Positions 19,592 through 30,058 of a DNA stretch of 64,000 bases are shown piece after piece. Source of the stretch: a virus; IMG/VR virus record IMGVR_UViG_3300029915_000731, positions 36,341 through 100,340 of that record; one strand, 5' to 3'. Under the pieces are notes generated by a model, which did not search any database, was not told the DNA's origin, and was given only the letters and a program-made list of their open reading frames with translations. The position numbers and the translations under genes are program-made. Every line of letters starts with the position of its first letter. Within the stretch, counting starts at the first letter, position 1.

Positions 19592-22500
19592 TGGGTACAA
19601 TCGCAGCAGCAATTGTTAATCTCGATTCACAGGTAATGTCGGCGGTTAGGTCGTTGACGACGGCCACACCCCCCTCTATATCGGGCTCAGGCGGTCCAGT
19701 CCCTCTGCCCAACGAACTATGGCCGATTCAGGTTCAAAAGGACATCAATACACTTCGCAAGAAGCTCAATCCGATGGGCGACCCCGCGATTGAGAAATAC
19801 TACCATGAGGCACTTGAACAAGGTCGTTTATGTGAGAAGTCAATTGCCGACGCCCAGCATTGGCTTAATCAGAAACAAGCGCTCCTTTTTAAACATATTC
19901 AGCACTGGCTCGGGTTGAATACCCTTGCGGTGGACGGCAAACTTTCAGACAAACCGAGAGCCGTCAGATATACTGCCGACAGCCTCCGGTTCCTTCAGCA
20001 GATTAACCAATTTCAGAAGGAGATCGTCGGTCTCATCCAAGCGGTGACGACCAATATCGGGATTCTTGTCTCGATGATGAACAACATGGTGGGTATGATT
20101 CAGGCAAACCTGAACGCACTCGCTGCATTGATGGCTGAAATTTGTAACTGGGGTCTCCCTAAGATACCCGCACTTCCCAACTTTTTCAAAGACACTATCT
20201 GGCATTTCAACGGATTTAATTTTTTCCCCTTGGCTATGTTTAAGATGCCGCACCTGTCTTTAGCCAACTTCTCCAACTTTTCTTTTGCTCAATGCAATAT
20301 GGGTTTACCTAGTTCACCAAATGGCACGCCAGCTATCAATACGCTAACTCCTCCTGATTCAATGACCACGCAGGATGGGCTTACTTTCGGTACCCCGCTG
20401 TTCGTCCCCCCACTGGGTGGGCTTACCACCGACGCCGCAGCAGCCTCTACTCCTGCGGTTCCCTTGAGTAATACCACCATTCCAATTATCGACCCTACGG
20501 TGTGGAACGCCGATGCGACCCCGATGTGGGGTGCTGTCCCCGACCCGGCAACTATTGTGTCGGCCTACGAGATGCCAGCGGCTGTATATTCAGAAAATAT
20601 TGTTTCAATTGTTCCTTCGTTGCGGAGCAATACCATCGAATCAACTGACAGTGACTATAGCAACCCGAACTACACGACTCGAAACGCAGCTCTACGGGTT
20701 GCATTAGTTGAGAACATCACCCTTGCCAACGTCGTAGCATCCAACTATGACCCCTACATTACTTCAGCGTGGTTGATTTACTTGAATACCACTCGCACTT
20801 CACGACTAGGGAATTGGATTCAGAATTTTGAAGTGCAATATGCGACCTCTATCTCCCCCTCCTTGGTGGCATTGAGTAATGTGGTTCCTTGGAATAACAC
20901 GGTATCAGTGCCGACCCCGGTGCTGCCGTTGGTGTCTACCCTCACCACCATGGAAACCCCCGCGAAAGGGAACTTACTGTGGCGGTTGTCTTACATTGAA
21001 GCCGCTCTGTTAGGCTATACCCGCTGCCAGCTTTGGGACGGGTATGCCGATACGACTTACCTCTCTGGATACACGGGAGCGAATCTGGATTATGTTGCCT
21101 CGACCATTTCGAGTGCCACCACCACGGTTCTTTTAGGTGACGGTCAGGCAGAATACCCGGTAAGCTGTACATACCCTTCATCCATCAGTGGGGCGCTGCA
21201 ACAGGTCATTACGATGGCCAACACAAACATTGTGAATACTCTAGACTACCAGAGTAAGCAGCCGCGCTTCCGCTACATCTACAACCAGTTTGCAGAAGCA
21301 GTTGAAGTAGATCGCTTCAGTCAATTTTGGAGAGAGTTTAACTCCAACTTGCAGAGCCTGTTGGCGAAAGACCCTTATTTGGTACAGTTCGTTGTGACTT
21401 ATCCGGCCTCACTGGACTCGGCAATCGACCCACTAGGTAGCCCGGTGATATTCAACAACCTCAACGCCGATGCAGCCTCTCGTAATCGGACTTGGGTGCC
21501 GGGTTACTCCCTACTCAATCTCCCGATTGCCCCCCCGGTTGTTTACATGGGGGATGGTTCGGACGGAAGTAATGGGTACACCGGAAACGCCAGCGGGTGG
21601 AACGGTGACCTATTTGACCCGACCACATTTTTGGAACGTCCTGATGTTCAAGCACTCTCCATTCCAGAGCAGATGGCCATGGTCAGCACGAATCAAACCT
21701 ACGCCAGTCTCCTTTTGGCGAAGCAGGATATGCTGGATACCGCAGTTGCTCAGATTACAAACTCACAAGCAGTGCTCACCAGTTTGCTTAACATGGGATT
21801 CAAGGTGGAGTCCTCAGGGACAACTGTCATTCCTGTGGGCAGCATGACGACTTCAGTCGTGCTCGACGTTATCGACTATGACCTAACGAATAACGCCACC
21901 AGCCCCACCTCATTCACCATGCAAGCGGCAGGAAGCTACGCGGTTGCAGGACAGTTGAATTGGTCTTCTGGAGATGCAGGAACCCGGACGGTCACCGTTC
22001 TTCAGAATGGGGTGGCTATCATGACGGCCTCCATTGACACCAACACCGACCCCATTCAACTGCCGTTCTCTACGACGGCCAGCGTTGCTATTGGGGACAT
22101 CATCACATTGGAGGCAAGTCACAATCTGACGACGGCGCAGCAGATTACCACGGGGAGTTACCTCACTGTGATGCAGTACGACCCCGACCAATCCGCCGCC
22201 CAGCTCTCGACTTCCTCAAGCAACACCTTGACAGGCACGGTGACTTTTACCGCCGATGCCGCTATTCCAGCCCTCACCGCTGTTCAGGTGGGGCTTGATG
22301 GCAAGGTTACCATCCTCAACCCCACTGTAATCGCTACGGATAGCAACGGGGTCACTTTAGCCCCTCTAGTAGATGGAATCACTACCGCAGCCGTCGCCGC
22401 AGGCGGGCAGGTCTCCGCAGCTAATGCCTATGGCGGGGTGTATCAGGTCTCAGGTGCCTCATTCACTATTGGCGGCCTACTCTATGTCGGCTCGAATGGT

Positions 22501-22629
22501 GTGCTGACGCAGGATTTTACCAGTGTGCAGCAGGACTGCTCTTGGGTCATCTGTGTCGGAAGAGCCACGGCCACCGACACATTCATCTATACACCCCAAC
22601 TACCGAACCGGGTTGTCCTGACGTTCTAG
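19591..22629 (+). CDS. Large virion structural protein
   Basis: 1012 aa, Thr/Ser-rich; C-terminal beta-sandwich (C1q-like) and capsid-cement-like segments; coupled to the spike gene. Confidence 0.55.
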   Translation: MGTIAAAIVNLDSQVMSAVRSLTTATPPSISGSGGPVPLPNELWPIQVQKDINTLRKKLNPMGDPAIEKYYHEALEQGRLCEKSIADAQHWLNQKQALLFKHIQHWLGLNTLAVDGKLSDKPRAVRYTADSLRFLQQINQFQKEIVGLIQAVTTNIGILVSMMNNMVGMIQANLNALAALMAEICNWGLPKIPALPNFFKDTIWHFNGFNFFPLAMFKMPHLSLANFSNFSFAQCNMGLPSSPNGTPAINTLTPPDSMTTQDGLTFGTPLFVPPLGGLTTDAAAASTPAVPLSNTTIPIIDPTVWNADATPMWGAVPDPATIVSAYEMPAAVYSENIVSIVPSLRSNTIESTDSDYSNPNYTTRNAALRVALVENITLANVVASNYDPYITSAWLIYLNTTRTSRLGNWIQNFEVQYATSISPSLVALSNVVPWNNTVSVPTPVLPLVSTLTTMETPAKGNLLWRLSYIEAALLGYTRCQLWDGYADTTYLSGYTGANLDYVASTISSATTTVLLGDGQAEYPVSCTYPSSISGALQQVITMANTNIVNTLDYQSKQPRFRYIYNQFAEAVEVDRFSQFWREFNSNLQSLLAKDPYLVQFVVTYPASLDSAIDPLGSPVIFNNLNADAASRNRTWVPGYSLLNLPIAPPVVYMGDGSDGSNGYTGNASGWNGDLFDPTTFLERPDVQALSIPEQMAMVSTNQTYASLLLAKQDMLDTAVAQITNSQAVLTSLLNMGFKVESSGTTVIPVGSMTTSVVLDVIDYDLTNNATSPTSFTMQAAGSYAVAGQLNWSSGDAGTRTVTVLQNGVAIMTASIDTNTDPIQLPFSTTASVAIGDIITLEASHNLTTAQQITTGSYLTVMQYDPDQSAAQLSTSSSNTLTGTVTFTADAAIPALTAVQVGLDGKVTILNPTVIATDSNGVTLAPLVDGITTAAVAAGGQVSAANAYGGVYQVSGASFTIGGLLYVGSNGVLTQDFTSVQQDCSWVICVGRATATDTFIYTPQLPNRVVLTF

Positions 22630-22658
22630 TTTTACCAATATTGAACTCTAAGTAGAAG

Positions 22659-22694
22659 AACTAAGTGGGTTTAGATATAACCACTTAGTTTTTT
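22659..22694 (+). terminator. Intrinsic terminator
   Basis: AACTAAGTGG...CCACTTAGTT stem followed by a T run, just after the stop at 22629. Confidence 0.6.
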
Positions 22695-22697
22695 CTA

Positions 22698-22727
22698 TGG
22701 ACAAAAGAACCAACACCACCGTAGAAT
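22698..22727 (+). promoter_or_regulatory. Sigma70-like promoter TGGACA-N18-TAGAAT
   Basis: Directly after the terminator and upstream of 22800; same 18-nt spacing as the other early promoters. Confidence 0.5.
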
Positions 22728-22799
22728 TAAGGTATTAGAAGTAGGAAGAAACTACGGTCAAAAGGAGCTATACGAGCACTCAATTCATTTGCAACCAAA

Positions 22800-23402
22800 A
22801 TGAAACCACTCGCTATGAAGAATTCAAAGCTACTTGTAGCCTTACTCATTTCTATTGTCTTTGGGACGACGGTTAGCGTCCTCGTGCATCAAAACCGGAG
22901 CCTCGCCCATCGACTCCACCAAAGAGATACTCAGAGGGACGAGGAACTTACCAGAACCAAAACCGAGTTAGTCCAGACCAAGAAACTCCTCGCACTGGCT
23001 CAACAGAAACTCGGATACCTCGACAAGCATAAGACTGATGTGCAGTTGACAGCATTTACTGCCATGCCCGGAAGTACCCAGTTTGCCAGTGGCCGCTCTA
23101 TCCATCATGCTTACGCTGTACAGAAGCCAGCACTGCCGGGGGATGCTATTGTGAATGTGGCTCTCTCCCCCAGCGCTCGACTCAGGTTGAACGCAAAATT
23201 CAACGACTTGTTGGTGATTACGGATAAGCGGAGCCATCAGAGGACGGTTGCAAGGTTTGTGGATACCACAGTTTCCACTGAGAGCCGCTCAGTCATCGAC
23301 GTTTTCTTTGCCGACCAAAGGACGGCTCAACGATGGGGACGCCGTCACGATTATGTTGCAGTTAACATTTCTGCGGCGGATTCCCCATTTAAAGGGTACT
23401 AG
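22800..23402 (+). CDS. Membrane-anchored 3D-domain (MltA-like) protein
   Basis: N-terminal TM/signal, coiled coil, then LTAFT...ASGR...VALS...DT...IDVFF...AQRWGRR. Confidence 0.65.
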   Translation: MKPLAMKNSKLLVALLISIVFGTTVSVLVHQNRSLAHRLHQRDTQRDEELTRTKTELVQTKKLLALAQQKLGYLDKHKTDVQLTAFTAMPGSTQFASGRSIHHAYAVQKPALPGDAIVNVALSPSARLRLNAKFNDLLVITDKRSHQRTVARFVDTTVSTESRSVIDVFFADQRTAQRWGRRHDYVAVNISAADSPFKGY

Positions 23403-23452
23403 TAGGTTATAATCTCTTCGTTGGTTGAAGAGGGGTCAGGTAGGAGACCAAA

Positions 23453-23698
23453 GTGCGTATCATAATCATGCAGGACGAGCTGTACCTCTATCTTAAGAAC
23501 GTAGTCAAGAACTACGCCAACAGCGGCATTGACCCGGAAGAGGGTCTTGCTCTCTACCACCTTAATCAGGTCGTCAAGAATGCTCAGTCGGTGGATGACT
23601 CACAGGCGGCGAAGGTCGCCATCTCTGAGGACGAGTCAAAGGCGATGGTCAGTGTAGTCCCAGCAGCGGCTGACACTGACCCACAGGGGATCGCTTAA
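23453..23698 (+). CDS. Hypothetical protein
   Basis: 81-aa ORF with AGGAG SD. Confidence 0.6.
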   Translation: MRIIIMQDELYLYLKNVVKNYANSGIDPEEGLALYHLNQVVKNAQSVDDSQAAKVAISEDESKAMVSVVPAAADTDPQGIA

Positions 23699-24474
23699 TC
23701 CAGTAACTTGGTTAGGTCTATAGGGGTTTCATGGACTATACCACGTCTACACGCCACTGCGCCCCTCCTAGAGAGGGCGTCCCAAACGTATTGAGGGTTG
23801 GATAGCACACTCCTCTCGTAAGCGTAATAAAGGAGAAGTCTGGCCATCGGGTCAGTCTGGGTAACTACCTCCCACATACCTGCACATTTTAGGTTGTTGT
23901 TATGAGTGAAATCGAGAACCCCCGTGATGTCAGGGTCTGCCCCGGCTGGTAGCGGTTTGACTTTCCCCCGCGTGTTTTGCATTCCGCCAGATTGATTTAC
24001 TGTATCGAAAAAAAAGGCCTGTACACGGGTGCTGTCAGTGTGGTCTGGGACATACTCAGCGGCCAGTACCTTCGCCCGCTGCAAAATCGTTGTAATTGCC
24101 AACTGTGTCTGAGCTGCAATTGATTCTGGCTGGTTGAGTAGATTCTTCCAGCAAACCTCAGCGGCTGGGTCTACCTGAGTGGAGCCTGCGGCGATGTAGT
24201 GGTCTAGGCACCATTGGATAGCCTCGGCGGGTTTGAGCACCGCGAAGTGGTGAATATCGGAACGGAAGAAAGTCTGCATTTTATCCCACCCCATTAAGGC
24301 GGCGATACTCTGCAATAACTGTTGCAAGGTTCCTTGGCCAGCATTCCACTGTAAAATCCCTGCGCTCAACCCCTGCCCATCACTTGCTCCAGTGAGGCCG
24401 TCATATTTTGGGGTTCCGTTTTCAAACACCCCTGTTACATTCAAGCATATATCCAACATTGTTTTGTCATCCAT
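23695..24474 (-). CDS. Putative endolysin (lysozyme-fold glycoside hydrolase)
   Basis: TGVFENG...DGQGLSAGILQWNAGQGTLQQLL and FFDTVNQSG motifs of lysozyme/chitosanase-like muramidases. Confidence 0.65.
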   Translation of the reverse strand: MDDKTMLDICLNVTGVFENGTPKYDGLTGASDGQGLSAGILQWNAGQGTLQQLLQSIAALMGWDKMQTFFRSDIHHFAVLKPAEAIQWCLDHYIAAGSTQVDPAAEVCWKNLLNQPESIAAQTQLAITTILQRAKVLAAEYVPDHTDSTRVQAFFFDTVNQSGGMQNTRGKVKPLPAGADPDITGVLDFTHNNNLKCAGMWEVVTQTDPMARLLLYYAYERSVLSNPQYVWDALSRRGAVACRRGIVHETPIDLTKLLD

Positions 24475-24491
24475 AACACCCCCCAAATAAG

Positions 24492-25463
24492 TTACCTATT
24501 ACCCTCGTTCAGAAATTTACTTTTCCATCGGTCTTGAGTTTCGGCCCCACCAAACTGTAGTGGCTGTTGCTTCCAAGCTTTGATTCGAGATTCAATTTCA
24601 GGGATGGTAGCTTTGATTCCCCCAATGTCGCGGCGTAGTAGTGCTTGGGCGGTCACAAGAGCCTTTTCAAAGCCGTCCTCGCCCCGTTTGTAGACGCAGG
24701 GGACATCGTGGCTGTAACCGAAACGCTGCTCTTTCTCCCGCTTTGTGCCGTTCACTGAATTCACCTTGCCAGCTTCCATATTAGCGAGGGTTTCTTTGGC
24801 ACGTTGGAGACTGTGCTTCAAGGCGGCGACAAACTCAACAGCCCCCTCGGGCGATAGCTCCCACGCTGTGCATCCAGCCCCGAAGCAGATGCCGTTTCTC
24901 ATACCCCACTTCAGCTCATAGCCATGGGCGACCATCTTCCCATCGAAGGTCAACTTCTGCCGACGCATGCAGACCGGGCATACTCCCGTGTTCTGTTTGT
25001 CACGTTCAATCTGAATCTTTTGTTTGTCGGTGAGGACTGGTGGTTTGCGGCCTTTGACAATGTATGGCTTTGCGTTCTTAACCATCTCAGCTAGGGCTGC
25101 GCCCTCTTCCATCACTTGGAGAACAACGTCGATGTAACCTTCACCCTTAAATTTCTGGAGCTTCTTGACGGCACCCGGAAGATTGTTAAATTGCGGAGTG
25201 TAGATGATACTCCAACGGGGATCAGTGTTATCCCATGTTGGGTGGCCTTCACCCTCGCCGCGACGGATACCCCGCGAGGTCTCTTGTGCATACTCAATGG
25301 CCTCACCTACAACCCGTGAAATGTTCTCCCTAGCGGCCACAAAATCTTGGTTGAAGATTTGCTGGTTGGCGACCCCGGAAGTGAGTGCATTCTTAGCTGC
25401 GGGGAAGTTCTTAGCGTGACGGCTGCTGGCGGCGAAAGCGTCAATCTTGGGTGTTTCAATCAT
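24492..25463 (-). CDS. Hypothetical protein with Zn-binding motif
   Basis: GVCPVC...HGY...CFG; 323 aa. Confidence 0.65.
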   Translation of the reverse strand: MIETPKIDAFAASSRHAKNFPAAKNALTSGVANQQIFNQDFVAARENISRVVGEAIEYAQETSRGIRRGEGEGHPTWDNTDPRWSIIYTPQFNNLPGAVKKLQKFKGEGYIDVVLQVMEEGAALAEMVKNAKPYIVKGRKPPVLTDKQKIQIERDKQNTGVCPVCMRRQKLTFDGKMVAHGYELKWGMRNGICFGAGCTAWELSPEGAVEFVAALKHSLQRAKETLANMEAGKVNSVNGTKREKEQRFGYSHDVPCVYKRGEDGFEKALVTAQALLRRDIGGIKATIPEIESRIKAWKQQPLQFGGAETQDRWKSKFLNEGNR

Positions 25464-25470
25464 GATAATC

Positions 25471-25998
25471 CTATACGGGCACTACTGTTTCAAGGTATAC
25501 CCGGTCTTGGGCGAGGTCTAAATTCACGACGAGAGTACCGTTAATAGCGATAGAGCCAGGATCAGGGTTATAGATGACTGAGATAACGCCGTTAGCATAG
25601 GTCAAACCCCGTGGCTGAAACCCTTGAAGCGTCTGGCTGTACGAGTGGGCGATGCTCCCTAATGCAAAATTGTTGGACAAAGCGTAACTGTCTGAGAGTA
25701 AGGCCAGTAGCCAAAGGTTCAAATTGTGTGATGTTTCATCTAAAACGGCTAAAGAGGTATTTGAAAGTAGGAGGAGTACGGAATTTGGAAACGCCGCACT
25801 ACTTCCTCGATAGCTCCCGAAGGGCTCAGTTGCCCACGAGGCGGAGGCGGGGGTTACTTGGCCGTTGGAATAGAGAAACCCATCAGCGGCGTAGCCATTA
25901 TATGACGGCTGCAACTCAGGGTTGTAAAACACATCATTGTTTTTTTTCTCGATGCTTAGGGTAGCAATGATGCTTTGACTTAGGTAGTTGAATGGCAT
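25471..25998 (-). CDS. Hypothetical protein, possibly structural
   Basis: 175-aa ORF with Ser/Asn/Leu-rich composition like the virion proteins. Confidence 0.6.
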   Translation of the reverse strand: MPFNYLSQSIIATLSIEKKNNDVFYNPELQPSYNGYAADGFLYSNGQVTPASASWATEPFGSYRGSSAAFPNSVLLLLSNTSLAVLDETSHNLNLWLLALLSDSYALSNNFALGSIAHSYSQTLQGFQPRGLTYANGVISVIYNPDPGSIAINGTLVVNLDLAQDRVYLETVVPV

Positions 25999-26175
25999 TT
26001 TGACCTCAAATTTTCCGTGCTCCGCAGTTTTGAATACGTGGACAAGAAATTGGTCAACATATGGTTTTCATCCAATTGCAGGTACCACCTATGAAGCGGT
26101 TAGTCTAAAAACTGAACAAACAATTGCATACCTTTTGACTACCAAACCCATTAAAGAAGACCACAGGACTCATCT

Positions 26176-29100
26176 ATGTCAATCAATTTTCCAAATGTAG
26201 TTTCTAGAACGTTAGACCCATCGGGAAAGTCCCTCCTAACTGTGGTCGGTCTTCATGACCGACAGCTTTCTGATGCCGACCTCAACCTGATTCAATCTCT
26301 TCAGGATTCGAAGCGACAGAAGCTAGTCAGCAACATGGCGACCTCTGGATGTTTGACCTATGCTCCTTTTCAGTTTGTCCCCAGTATCGACAACACGTTC
26401 TTGATTCCCCAATTCGACGTGCTCTTCAACGGTGAAGTCGTCACCATTGCAGGTCACCTGTCGGACGACCCCACCCTCAACCGGGTTGTGATTCCTCAGC
26501 CGACCTCTTGGATAGCGGGTCAGACTTCTGAACCAGCGGCTATATACGTTGTTTTCTTGGAGATGTGGTATCAGAACCTCGACCCATCAACGGGCGAGGG
26601 GTATCTCCTAGACCCCTTTGATTCCACTCAATATTTCTACTACCCCTACGGGTGTGTGAACCCCGATTTGAACTCCGCCATTGCGGGGCCGAATGCCATG
26701 CCGGATGATGCCATCGACATCTTCGACAGCGGTCTTCAGACCACTCAGCGTGCCCAGATTCAGTGGCGTTTCAACGTCCAGCGGGTCGCCCTGACCTATG
26801 ATTTCACCCAGTATAGCTTCGGCCTTCAACCAGGAGCCCGCCCAACTGAGATAGTGTATGCACAAGCTCAGCCACAAGGCGGCTCAACTCCCATCATTGA
26901 TTCTGGATACACGTATTGGAACCAAGGAGATACGAGTTCATCCAACCCTCATTTCACAGGAGATACGGGGCTATGGGCGGCTGGTGATGTCACTCAAGGG
27001 ACAATTAACTCCCTCAACACGTTAGACGGCTTGAGCTATGCCCTCCCGATGGCCATTGTCTGCCAGAAAAACACGGGGAACTTTAATGTTCAGACCAACC
27101 CATTCGGCTGTGGAAATTCATCAAACGCCTCGCTTTCCGGGAGATACGACCAAAAGCTAGCTACTCAGATTTTTGCTGAGGATGTAGTCGATACCCGGCA
27201 GACAGTGAGCCTCAACGGCTGGGACTACGAAGACCTGCTGCGTGGCGGCTTCGTGGATGTCATCTCAGGGAACTGCCGTCTTGCCATCTCTCGCGGTATC
27301 TCACCGGGTATGGATAGTCGGGCGTTGGGTTCGGCTTTGGATTACTATGTTTCGGTGGCTCCTTCAACCTCCCCCGTACTCAACACAGATGAAATTGGAC
27401 AGTGGGACGGCTACGCCAATGGCTTCAGTTCCGATCAACGTACCTTCTATGTTACTCAGCAGGTGACCAAAGCGGGTAACAACCAGACATGGGTGACAGG
27501 GGGTTTCAATCCCGACACGTTCAACTTGAGTTTACCCGGCCAGAGTTCAGCCACCATCTCGTCCGCTGTAGTGCAAGCATTCAACACACAGGGTAACGTG
27601 AAGGTTCCAGTGACTCTACAGCCCGGTCAAATCACCATAACAGGCATAGGGTCTAAGCAGATTACGGTGACCCTATCCTCCCCCCTCACAGGCACCCCGT
27701 TCAATCCTGGAGCCAACCATCTTTACGTCACTTTGGGGGTGCAGTATCCGGCTGCTTTGAGTATGAATCTGAGGAACAGTCCCATTGCAATAGCTGGTGG
27801 CACTCTATCAGATACAGTTTCGAGCAAATACCTCCCGGTGTTCGGAGTATCTGAGTACCTCACTAAGACAACCCCGCCCGTACTTCAGAACGCTCTGTCT
27901 GGGGTGTCGGTAAGTAATGTGGTTTCAATTAACCCCAACTACTCTAACCTCATTTTCGGGACGAGAGTTACGTTGTCTTACTCGGTGGCAGCGGGGATTG
28001 CAGCCGGAAACATCATCACTCAAACTGTCAACAAGGCAACCACAACCACCTTTGTATTTGACCGCACCGGGGCTGGCTATGGCATCTACAGCTCTCCTAC
28101 TGGGGGTCAAGGAATCAATGGGCTCTATGTAATCAATTGCTGGGATGCAAGTACGGGCACAAATATCCCCTACACTATTACCTCACAACTTCTGAACGGG
28201 ACGAACTGCTTGGTTACTGTTTCAGGGGCTGTAACTGTGGGCGCTCAGCCGATGTTTACCTTCTTGGCTCAGGACACAACGCAACTCGTTTACAACGCTC
28301 CAGTCGGGGGAGTAACCGCGATTGAGGAGGTAGTTCTCTTCGGTACGTATACCAGCGACCCCACTCTTACCATGGAGCAGCGAATTGTTAAAGAATCGGT
28401 ATCGCTTGACTCTACGGGAGCTACCCCTGTTACTACAATGGTTTTTGCGGCGAATGGCTGTACGATAAAAGGCATCGCCGGAAACGATGTCAGTAAGTTG
28501 ATTTGGGTGAAAGACAACGTCGGAAACCTCAACTCCGTGCCCGTAGCGAGTGCCAATTTCACCAACGGTTTGGTGACGGTCACCATTAACGGTGACTACT
28601 ACACCTCCTCGCCCCAATTTTTCTTTGTAGGCTCTATCCTCCCCGCTCTCTCGCCAACTTCGACCTTGGTGTTACAGGAGCGGTACGTTCCCTATCAAGG
28701 TGAGGGCACCACTACCCACCAATACGATGTTCTGTTGACGGGCGATTCAGCTCTGATTACCACAAATGGGACAGGCAAGGCCCCTGTGGTCGGACTGGCC
28801 GATGTATACCCATACAATCGCGAGATTCCAATCTCCACAACCCTTCCGTGCCAATTGGCTTGGAAAGACGCCACTTTGACTAACGCCGCCGTGGCCAGCT
28901 TCTTTGACTCGAACTATGAGGCGATGCGGCAGAACAACGTAGAGCACACTTTTGAAGCACCATTGCACACGAACGACTTCATCCCCCCGATGAACAAAGA
29001 CACCCGCAAGCAGGTTCAATTACTGTCTTCCGGCGGCGGGCGCGGCTTTTCTCAAGCTACGCCTCATCTTGGTTTTGCTATCCGCCCATTGGTATCACGT

Positions 29101-30039
29101 ACTGTGCTTGGTCAGAATCTTCAGGCCACCACAGCTCCCATTGTTCTGTACGTGAACAACCAGAATGGTAGTGACAACAACGACGGACTCTCTTTGCAGA
29201 CACCGAAGTTGACCATCACAGCGGCTCTGAATTTGCTGCCTCCAGTGTTACGTCACCCTTGCTCTATTCAGCTTGTGGATACAAAGACACCGTTCTCGAT
29301 TCTTTCCTCAGCATCCACCCTTGAGGTTATCGCTCTGGGAGATGGTGTAATTCGCTCCTCAGAATACTACGCCCTTGCCAACCTAGCTTTCACCATGCAG
29401 GAGAGCGGTCGTTTGGTGATTACTACAAACCGTACCGCTGGAGCTACCAATCGAGTCACCATTGATGCTACCGGGTACGTGGGAGATGGCACCCCAACCT
29501 CGGCCTTCTTCATTGATACTACACGAGTCATATTCAACGGCATTTCTTTCACTGGTTTTCAAGACCCAGCCATCAAAGGAATTAATTCTGATATTGAATT
29601 TGTAGATTGCAATTGGCAGAGTAATATTCAATGTGGGTCTTTCGAGCAGGGTTGTGGTGTAATCGTGGAGAACGGCAATATTACCTTACCTGACGGGGGT
29701 ACTGGCTTTGTTATGTCCTCCTCTGAGCTTACGGTATCGGGTACCACCCTTGGGGTGGTTGCGGGTGCAGACTCCGGTGCGTTCTTTACCGGAGAGCGGC
29801 AGTCCACGATTAATCTATCCAATCACGGTACTAGCACACTGCAAGAGACGAACATCATAGCAACGACGGTGGTCGCTGAGGTTCAACTGAACTCTAGCGT
29901 CGTAGTTGACCCCTCGTTCCAAACCAACGGTATGGCTGACTTAGCCGCTAACTCAGTATTATCACGTCAAGTGACTGTCAACCCCTTTGCTGGGGGGGTA
30001 ACAGTGGATGCTTCTTCAACCACGGTAACTTCACTCTGA
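26176..30039 (+). CDS. Large tail-fibre/baseplate-associated protein with C-terminal beta-helix-like domain
   Basis: 1287 aa; LYVNNQNGSDNNDGLS...TITAAL motif typical of the start of pectin-lyase-like beta-helices. Confidence 0.6.
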   Translation: MSINFPNVVSRTLDPSGKSLLTVVGLHDRQLSDADLNLIQSLQDSKRQKLVSNMATSGCLTYAPFQFVPSIDNTFLIPQFDVLFNGEVVTIAGHLSDDPTLNRVVIPQPTSWIAGQTSEPAAIYVVFLEMWYQNLDPSTGEGYLLDPFDSTQYFYYPYGCVNPDLNSAIAGPNAMPDDAIDIFDSGLQTTQRAQIQWRFNVQRVALTYDFTQYSFGLQPGARPTEIVYAQAQPQGGSTPIIDSGYTYWNQGDTSSSNPHFTGDTGLWAAGDVTQGTINSLNTLDGLSYALPMAIVCQKNTGNFNVQTNPFGCGNSSNASLSGRYDQKLATQIFAEDVVDTRQTVSLNGWDYEDLLRGGFVDVISGNCRLAISRGISPGMDSRALGSALDYYVSVAPSTSPVLNTDEIGQWDGYANGFSSDQRTFYVTQQVTKAGNNQTWVTGGFNPDTFNLSLPGQSSATISSAVVQAFNTQGNVKVPVTLQPGQITITGIGSKQITVTLSSPLTGTPFNPGANHLYVTLGVQYPAALSMNLRNSPIAIAGGTLSDTVSSKYLPVFGVSEYLTKTTPPVLQNALSGVSVSNVVSINPNYSNLIFGTRVTLSYSVAAGIAAGNIITQTVNKATTTTFVFDRTGAGYGIYSSPTGGQGINGLYVINCWDASTGTNIPYTITSQLLNGTNCLVTVSGAVTVGAQPMFTFLAQDTTQLVYNAPVGGVTAIEEVVLFGTYTSDPTLTMEQRIVKESVSLDSTGATPVTTMVFAANGCTIKGIAGNDVSKLIWVKDNVGNLNSVPVASANFTNGLVTVTINGDYYTSSPQFFFVGSILPALSPTSTLVLQERYVPYQGEGTTTHQYDVLLTGDSALITTNGTGKAPVVGLADVYPYNREIPISTTLPCQLAWKDATLTNAAVASFFDSNYEAMRQNNVEHTFEAPLHTNDFIPPMNKDTRKQVQLLSSGGGRGFSQATPHLGFAIRPLVSRTVLGQNLQATTAPIVLYVNNQNGSDNNDGLSLQTPKLTITAALNLLPPVLRHPCSIQLVDTKTPFSILSSASTLEVIALGDGVIRSSEYYALANLAFTMQESGRLVITTNRTAGATNRVTIDATGYVGDGTPTSAFFIDTTRVIFNGISFTGFQDPAIKGINSDIEFVDCNWQSNIQCGSFEQGCGVIVENGNITLPDGGTGFVMSSSELTVSGTTLGVVAGADSGAFFTGERQSTINLSNHGTSTLQETNIIATTVVAEVQLNSSVVVDPSFQTNGMADLAANSVLSRQVTVNPFAGGVTVDASSTTVTSL

Positions 30040-30058
30040 TGACGGGAAAAGGTAGACA

